Assembly (NCBI GenBank): GCA_943704425.1
Contig: CALSCP010002175.1
Span: 1 to 64,000, forward strand
DNA from: Ministeria vibrans ATCC 50519
Lineage: Eukaryota > Protista > Filasterea
Length of the DNA stretch: 64,000 nt
Reading direction: 5' to 3'
Positions 53,301 to 64,000 of the stretch are shown in pieces. The stretch's first letter is position 1; the number at the start of each line of letters is the position of its first letter. Both the position numbers and the translations under genes were made by a program. The notes below the pieces were generated by a model. It saw only the letters and a list, made by a program, of their open reading frames with translations. It was not told where the DNA came from and did no database searches.

Positions 53301-56093
53301 CAGGGCTTTTTTCTGACTCTTTGTCTCCACCTGCAGTGTCAATGGCGAGCTTGTTGACACAGACGGTCAGTTTCCGTTTGCCACAGTGATTTCTGCCACC
53401 CTTCTGCCTCCATCGCACACAGTCAGCAGTCCCCCGCTGATCATGACTGTCTCTGCGTTTGCCTATGACCTTGGCGGAAACTTTGCCCAAGTCACACAGA
53501 ACGTGTCTGTTGTTGTGGACAACATTCCCCCATCGGTATGGCTGGTGATCAATTATTGCATCACTATGGAGATGTAATCCACATACTTCGTTCCTTAGAT
53601 TGTCAACGTGTTGCCCCAGAACAACTCGCTTGTCACGTCGCTCTCGCCCATTCAACTTGTTGTGTCGGAGTCTCTCGACAACGGAAAAGTCTTTGGATTG
53701 GCCGCCAGCTTGATGACGAACAGTACGTTGATTGTGATTTCAACCCAAAATTTAATACTATTGTTCTTTCTTCTTCTTTTTCAGATGGCTCCGTTCACCC
53801 TTTAACTGTGTCGGGTGTTTACGACGATGCGTTTCAGAGTGTCATATTGACATTTGAGCAAGCGCAACAATTCATCGCCGGTGAAACTGTGTCACTGACT
53901 GTGAGTGGCACCATTGAGGATGCGGGTGGTAACACTCACTCGTTTGACTTGACACGGTCCTATCTGCTGGTGAATGCCACGGTCGAGAGTGTTGTCATTG
54001 GTGGCGACTGGCATGCCGAGACGACGTGGAAGGCGGGGCGTGTGCCGGACGAGTCTGATTCGGTTCTTATTCGCGGTAGTGTCACTCTTGAGGCATCCGC
54101 AAACACCAGCCGCGTCTACATTGACAGGGACGCACAGCTCTTGTGGCGCACCTACTCCTCATCGGCAACTGTTCGATTTGGCAGCCTTGTCAACTATGGC
54201 GATGTATCACGCGTGCCAGGATACATCAGTGCGCGTATGATCGTCACCGAGAAGATTATAAACTACGGCTCCTTTGGCGTTTCAACACTGTTCGCTCCGC
54301 TCTTATTCAACGAGGGGACTCTTGTTGGGGGGACCATTGATATCAGCGACTTGCTCGTCAATTCAAATCTCATTCAGCGAAGCTCGTCTCACTCGGTGCT
54401 CGATTTGCGTATCCATGGTGACATCACCAACACCGGCTCCATTCTCAGCTCGAGCGAGTCGCTCTTTCCAACAACCGACACCATTGTGCACATTTATCGC
54501 AATATTACCGTGTCCGCGGGCTCCAGATGGGAACCGAGTGAGACCGTTTTGATGCGATACGATGATCCTTGGAACATACCCGAGGGACTTTTTGGCGTCC
54601 TTAGGCTCACAGACAATGTCACATTGACCGCTGACTCAGCGTGCATCGGCGGTTTCATGGCGTACCCGGAAAATTTTGAGATACACGTTGGCAGCGGCGT
54701 TCTCTGTGTCGGCGGGCTGCTGAGTACATCTTCCTCTTCCACTCTGCGTGTGCTCACCGCATCAGCTGTCTTAGGTGAGTTGCTGCTACGATCCACTTTC
54801 TCCTCTTCTGCCGGTCGTGTGTGGACGCAGGGCGATCATCATTTGGTTGTGTCTCGACTGGTTCTGGGTGCAGATACGACGTGGCACGGACGCAGCAGCA
54901 ATGCCAACGACGTCGTGGTGGTGGACGGAGACATGATGATTGAGCATGGCGGCACACTGAATGCGGACTACATTGAGTTCGCAGGGCAGTGGGGCAGACT
55001 GGCCCTGCGTGTCACTGGTGAAATGCGCGTTAACGGGACGCTGATGGTCTATCAGTTTGAGGCTCTGCAGAATCTGATCATTGAGCGAGGAGGTGTGCTG
55101 TCGTCGTGTGACCTGGCGAGTGCGGTCTATGGGAATTTGGTGAACTGGGGACTGATTCAGTCGTCGCGTTCTGTGAAGTTGGAGGTGCATGGCGAGATTG
55201 TCAATTATGGACAGGTGCTCGAGTCCACGACCACTTCCCCTCTTCCCACGACAGACACGGTCGTGTCCGTGCACCGCAACGTGACAGTGATGCCAAACAG
55301 TGTGTGGGCACCGAGTGAGACTCATTTGCTGGGCATTGATCAAGTGTGGTCATTGAGTCCCGCCTTGTGTGGCGCAGTGTGGCTCTCAGCCAATGCGACG
55401 TTCACGGAGACATCACTTTCTATCTGCGAAGAGCTCGCCTTCACGGGGGAGATCCACATTCACCTAGGGGCTTCATCGCTTATTGTGGGCGGCCTGCTGG
55501 CTGCATCATCAGGTACCAATGTACTGCGGTTGTGGTCTCCCGCAGAGACGCCGGCCGAACTCACGCTGCGCTCGGACACTGGAACCGTCCGCTTTGGTCG
55601 TGCCCAATCCATCTTTGTGTCGCGTCTGGTGGTGCCCTCGGGGACTCTTGTCGCTGGCTCGAGCTCGTCGTCGTCGGGCACCGACGTGCGCGTCTACGGT
55701 GACGTGCATATTGCCGAGGGTGGTCGCATTGATGCCGACTTCCTCGTTGGGGGCTACTGGGGCCGTTTGGGGCTCTCTGTGTGGGGCTCGCTCCTCAACA
55801 GCGATGCAACGCAGCTGCTGGAGCTACAGACACTGAGTGTAGCCGGGAATATGACCGCGCCTGGCGGGGTGCTCGCTAACACCCTGTACGGGCTCATTCC
55901 CATCGACGACACGCCCGGCACACCTCGCGACGTTGAGCTTCAGGCGGGCTCCACCGGCTCCGTCGTCGCGTCCATTGTCGCCTCCTCCACCGAGCGGGTC
56001 TCCCTTGCCTCTCTGGAGGGCGCAGGTACCTCCTGGTGGCGCTGGAGACCCGCCGGAGGCCAGTGGCGTCCCCGTGCTTACATCGTCGCATGA
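46879..56093 (+). CDS. Very large type II membrane protein: N-terminal TM, about 7 EGF repeats, carboxypeptidase-regulatory-like and bacterial Ig-like (Big_5-like) domains, TSP3-like Ca-binding repeat, beta-propeller-like and beta-helix-like regions; more than 10 exons
   Basis: TM VLAVSLAILFVVGVAVGAGVAVGL; EGF repeats 47557-48750; RLVSSSPLDGESEIARTRETVLYFSRPL; TTTDANGNFEL; DTDTDGLSDEAEDIVGTNAAKADTDDDGVSDFVELQLGTDP; GGDWHAETTWKAGRVP. Consecutive ORFs are joined by GT-AG introns; joins in 51900-53800 are less certain. Confidence 0.78.
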
Positions 56094-56190
56094 ACAATAT
56101 TTCATATGATACAGCAATTTTATTCCCTCGTTTTTCATAATAATAATAATAATAATAATAATTAATTGTATTTTATATTTTGTTAATGAT

Positions 56191-58865
<2,675 letters not shown>

Positions 58866-58959
58866 AGGAAAAAAAAAAATCTGAAGTCGAAACAGAGTGA
58901 GTCGAAAATCGAATAATAATAAAAAAAAAATTCTGACTTCTTTGCAGATTTTTTCTGTG

Positions 58960-61293
58960 ATGCTGGACTCACAGGGCATTTTACGGGGACCCTGCACGGA
59001 ATGCGGCTGCGTGGAGTTCCAGCAAGCGGCCAATGGATCGGTCCGGTGTGTCTGCGGATGTCGACCCATTTGCCATACGCAAACAGCCATTGCAGCTGTC
59101 GCGGTGGCGGCCACAACAAACGTGGTTGCTGCTAAGGCGCCTTCAAAGGGAAAAGGCGTCGCTAGAACGTCTGTGAGCGAAGATTTTTTTGCTGTTTCCG
59201 CAACGACAAAGAGCCGCAACGACAGACCATCCGCTGTGGCGACTTCCGCTGATTTCTTTGCTGTTTCAAAGCAATCCGACGAGGACGACGACAGTGACGA
59301 CGGCGATGGGGGAAGCGACGATGCAGAGAGCGGGCTGTGTGCGCTGCCCGACTGTGGCGAAAGAGTCTTTGTGAATGATCAGGGCGTCCCTCAGGAATAC
59401 TGCAGCCTCCAGCACTCGCTGGAAGCAGTGCGGCGCAAGGGGCTGACGCACAATGGCGTCGTTGACGAAGTGAACCGCTGCATGTTCCCCGAGTGCCGAC
59501 GAGTGCGCTGGCCCTTCAAGGACTTCTGTGGCCTGACTCACGCCACAAAGTTTCAGGCGATGACCCGATGCACCCAAACGGTACACGACTCGTCAATCTT
59601 TGCCCATCGTGAATATGAACCCTTCCTTCGCCTTCTCTCTCTCTCTTTCTCTACTTTGTTTCTCTCTCTCTCTACTTTGTTTCTCTCTCTCTCTACTTTG
59701 TTTCTCTCTCTCTCTACTTTGTTTCTCTCTCTCTCTACTTTGTTTCTCTCTCTCTCTACTTTGTTTCTCTCTCTCTCTACTTTGTTTCTCTCTCTCTCTA
59801 CTTTGTTTCTCTCTCTCTCTACTTTGTTTCTCTCTCTCTCTANNNNNNNNTCAAACTCTCAAACTCTCAAACTCTCAAACTCTCAAACTCTCAAACTCTC
59901 AAACTCTCAAACTCTCAAACTCTCAAACTCTCAAACTCTCTCAAACTCTCTCAAACTCTCTCAAACTCTCTCAAACTCTCAAACTCTCAAACTCTCTCTG
60001 TTTTTCTTTTCAGGACGACCCAATGAAGTGCGCATTGGAAGGGTGCATGAATCGAGTGTTTGTTGATGGCTCTACCACACACGATTTCTGCGGCCAGAAG
60101 CACCGTGCGGAGGCGCATCGACAAGGTGTGAAGGTAGCAGTGCGGAAGCGCCAGGTTGTCCCACAGGCGACTCGGTGCAAGCTGACAGGCTGTCCCAATG
60201 CAGCCGCGCCCGATGCCAAAGGCGGCTTTTTTCAGTTTTGCTCTCGCGACCACGAGCGGCGCCATGGCCTCGGTCGAGCAGTGTGTGCCTTTGCACAGTG
60301 CTCGAACAGCGTGCATGTCGATCAGACGTCGGGCAAAGCATCGCTGTTCTGCTCTCGCAAGCACAAGGATGCCGCCGCAGCCGCCCTTGCTGCCAAGTCC
60401 CCGCTCGACGACGGAACCACTTGTCTCCTACCCGAGTGCGACAAACCCCGTGCTCCTGCGACCTCCTCCTCCACCACCACTACTACTCCTACTTCTACTT
60501 CCACTACAACAACAACCACCACCAATGCTACTACAGGCACTGTCTTTCATTCCTATTGTGGCAAATCCTGTGCCAAGAAGGGTGCACTTCGCAAAATTCT
60601 TCCTGAGAAGCTCCTTCGACCTTTTCGGTAAGAGCCAGACATTTATTCTACTGTTTTTTTTTTCTACACTACATTGCATCCCTTATTATACCCATTATAA
60701 TATAAGTAATTATAATAATATAATTATATTATGCACAAGCACGCGCACTCACTCTTTTTGTTCCTTCTCCTCTCCTTCTCTGTGCCTGTAGCGAAGTTGA
60801 AAATGAAGCGCGCAAGCGAGTTGCCCATCTGGGAACGGTACAGAGTTGTGCTGAGAACAGCGAAGCGCAAGGACCCTCTGGCGCAATGTACATGCGCATC
60901 AGACAGAGCATGCGCAAACACGGAGTTACCCAGCTCACCCTGGCCTTCCATGGCACCGCTTCCCCTAACATCCCCCTAATCTTCAAGACGGGCTGGGATG
61001 CGTCACGTCGCTCAGGACAGGCGTATGGTGCAGGTAGAGTCAGAGTACTATTATTTCTATCTGTATTTCACTCCCTCATATACCCGCATTTGCCTCTAAA
61101 AGGAGAGTACTTTGCCGAAGATCCAGCGCTCTCCTTGGGCTACTGCAAAGGTGGCAAGCATCTCATTCTGGCTGAGCTGGCGTTGGACCCTAACGCGACC
61201 AACCATACAATGCATGGCGCAGTGGGCAAACGGATCATTGTGATGAAAGACCCCCAGGACGATCTGCCGCGCGGGTCAATTAATATTGCATGA
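58960..61293 (+). CDS. Zinc-finger-repeat protein with C-terminal PARP-like ADP-ribosyltransferase domain (exons about 58960-59580, 60014-60627, 60792-61033, 61103-61293)
   Basis: Six C-x4-C...[FY]C-x3-[HC] motifs plus an N-terminal Cys cluster; LAFHGT (60946), GQAYGAGEYFA after splicing, SLGYC, final strand RIIVM. Confidence 0.82.
59640..59995. repeat. Intronic minisatellites: about 21-nt (TCTCTCTCTCTACTTTGTT-like)n then (TCAAACTC)n, around an N gap
   Basis: Directly visible tandem arrays. Confidence 0.95.
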
Positions 61294-61447
61294 AGAACAA
61301 AAATTACAACAGCAAAGTGTCGTGCGACAAAGCAAGAAAAAAAGAAGAAAGGAGATATAGAGGCGTGTGGTGATTGCATATGTATTCTCCCTTCTCTCTC
61401 TATCACGTTGCTCTCTCTCTATCATTTTGTTCTCTCACTCTCATTTT

Positions 61448-61449
<2 letters not shown>

Positions 61450-61536
<87 letters not shown>
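61450..61536. repeat. (CT)n microsatellite between the convergent ART genes
   Basis: Directly visible. Confidence 0.95.
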
Positions 61537-61538
<2 letters not shown>

Positions 61539-61545
61539 ATTATGA

Positions 61546-63347
61546 TCATTGGATGTCGAGAATGCAGCCAATGTCGTAGATGGCGTACTCGGGGCGGTTC
61601 ACCACTGAATCGGTTCCTGGCTTGCCCTCAACGTAAACGGTGTCGCAGCGCAAGGCAGTCAGTCGCGCGCGTGTCATGTCCGGAAGAGCCGTGCGCGTCA
61701 CAAGCGATACTCCAACGCGAACCTTGACGCTCAGCACAGTCGTACCAAAGAGGCGCGCTTTACTCGTGTCTTCACTAAAGTACACCGCTGCTCCAAGTAG
61801 AAGACGTTTTCCTGTGAGTTTATCCGTCAAATTGCCTGTCGGAAATCTAATAAAAGAAGGAGCGACAAGGGGGTGAGAGGGAGAGAAAGAAAGAGTAAAT
61901 AACAATGCGCTTGTGTTCTTGCGGGTTAGTGGTTAGGGCAGTAGAAGTAGGAGTAGTAGTGGTGGTGGAGGAGGAGGTCGCAGGGGCACGGGGTTTGTCG
62001 CACTCGGGTAGGAGACAAGTGGTTCCGTCGTCGAGCGGGGACTTGGCAGCTCGATGGCAGTAAAATTTTACCCCCAAACATAGTAAACAAATACCTGAAC
62101 CCGGAACGCTTGATGTTGGCTGCGTTAGCAGGAGATGTGCCGTGGAACAGCGTGAGAACTTTGCCGGCGTGTCCCTTTGTTTCAACGGTGGGCCTTATGA
62201 AACAACAACAAAAGGCGCAGCATCAATAGAAGTCGGAGAAAGGGATGACAAAACTTGTATTGTTACTGTGAACTTGTACTGCTGTCTCGACACGTTTTGC
62301 CACAGAAGGCAGAGTACTTGAGCGTCTTTGTGTCAAGGTAGCAGGGACGTGTGCAGCCGCTGCGGGAGCACGGTGGCGCAGGAGCGGCCGAGGCCGAGGT
62401 CGCAGCGCTGGAAGTGGCGAGCGGACGCCCAAGGTTGGAGAGAGGGTTGGTAGCTGTCGTTGTGGTCGTCGCTTTGCCAGCTGGCGATGAGGTCGACTGC
62501 GAGAAGGCACCTACAAAGCTGTAAAGTCAGAAAAAGATTCATTGCGCCTGATAGATATGTGTGAACCTCGAGATGTGAGGCCACGTTCGCGTGCTTCGGT
62601 ACTGTGCTTGACGCCACAACACTCGTGCTGCCGCCCATTGCTGTCGACAAAAGGAGGGCGAGTGCAACCGGGCAGCAGACACTCAGTGGGCTTTGCGTCG
62701 CCGCCTGTCGTCTTTCGTTGTCCCTTTCCACCACCACCACCACCACCACCACCACCAGGTGTCGACTTGAAGCACTCCTGGCACCAACCTTTTCCATTGG
62801 AAGTCGGGTTTTTGAGACACTACACGTGTAGAAGTAACGGGTGAGAGGGCGGTTGAGAGAAACCCCAAGAACGAACCTTGGTGCAAACTCCTTTCTTTTT
62901 AGTCATTGCATGACACGCTGTACACATGTTGGCGTTTGCTTCCATACCGCACTTCTGGTGGCACTGTCGGCAGCTCCAGCCGGCGGGGTCGTCCTTGATC
63001 TTTTCCTTTGGCACATTCGATAGTGGGAAGTACAGCGGCAATAGCTTTTTGTAAGCATCTGATGAGATATCGTCAAACGTGACAAACACAACCCGCTGTA
63101 AAGAGAGAATAAATGAAAGAAAGAACACGTAAGACGGAGAAACAATGCGAGAAAAAATCATTTCTGACAAGTTGAGATCGCTGCAAGAAGAGACGCACAA
63201 CAGACATAGCAATGCGCGCGGCCTTGTCGGTGGGGAAGCCATACACTCCAGTTGAGATGCAGGGGAACGCCTAAGAAACAAACACGCAAGAGATTGAGGA
63301 TCTTCTTTCGTCCATGTACCACAAACACACACACACACACACACACA

Positions 63348-63429
<82 letters not shown>

Positions 63430-64000
63430 CACGTACAATGGATTGCGCATTCTTCTTGACAGCAAGCTCAAGACAGTTGATGTAGCACTTGGCGAGGTTG
63501 TGCGTGGCGTTTGGCTCGTGGCCCTGTGGACCAACCGTGTGAAAGATAGCCTTGAGGTGCTTGAGACGGTAGGGCTTTGTATCACATGCACTGCCGACGG
63601 GACAGCGGTCGCCGTTTGAATTTGTGGACTTTTTTTGACACTCTTTTAGCAGCTGCGGACCGGCGGCTGCGTGGATCTGCGCAAATCACACAAGCACAGA
63701 AAAACCCCCAAAAAAGGGAGAAGAGAGAAGTAGTGATTAGTGATCCAAACAACAGAAATGGTTGCAACTTACAGCGCCATCTACGCCCCCTCCACCTACA
63801 AGACGGGCGTTGGCGGCATTGACAATGATGTCAACGTCAACCTTTGTGATATCCGTCTTGAAGACGGTCACGAAGCCATTGAGGTCTGGACGGAACTGCG
63901 CATATGCAAAAGATGTCTGGTGGTTGGCGGGATTGATGCTGGCATCGCCCCACCAGAGCGGCACGGCAACACAGCCCGACGAAGAAGCCGCTGTTGCTGC
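61546..64000 (-). CDS. Macrodomain + zinc fingers + Gig2/PARP-like ADP-ribosyltransferase domain protein; 5' end beyond the window
   Basis: Macro: [47 protein letters not shown]: [19 protein letters not shown] (about 62095-62150, frame not in the track), [23 protein letters not shown]. Confidence 0.85.
61940..62050 (-). repeat. 111-bp inverted copy of 60389-60499
   Basis: Reverse complement matches 60389-60499 with one visible mismatch; lies inside intron 61847-62094. Confidence 0.93.
63325..63425. repeat. (CA)n intronic microsatellite
   Basis: Directly visible; a similar array lies at 4213-4273 in a TAF4 intron. Confidence 0.95.

Noticed and set aside
59640-59995. CRISPR-like or telomeric array
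   Set aside because: Spacerless low-complexity tandem repeats within an intron of a eukaryotic gene.

Overview
Gene-dense eukaryotic (protist-like) genomic window with short GT-AG introns, abundant microsatellites and three N gaps (5465-5474, 15543-15914, 59843-59850). A full-length HYDIN gene implies a motile 9+2 flagellum. Housekeeping genes: CCT3 (partial, with an unusual GGM tail), TAF4, NUS1 (split by a 9.4 kb segment), cytosolic HSP70, HYDIN, a TauE/SafE transporter, a TMEM198/DUF4203-like protein and SelO. Accessory content: a RanBP2-finger/SH3/triple CbbX-type AAA+ protein, a broken Hint-domain (hoglet-like) gene, two large membrane proteins joining eukaryotic EGF repeats to bacterial-looking modules, and a tandem double caspase-like protease. 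The right end carries a nucleotide-transfer cluster: SelO head-to-head with a zinc-finger PARP-like gene, which converges on a macrodomain + zinc-finger + Gig2-like ADP-ribosyltransferase gene. All family calls come from recalled motifs and manual splicing, not database searches, so exon boundaries are approximate.
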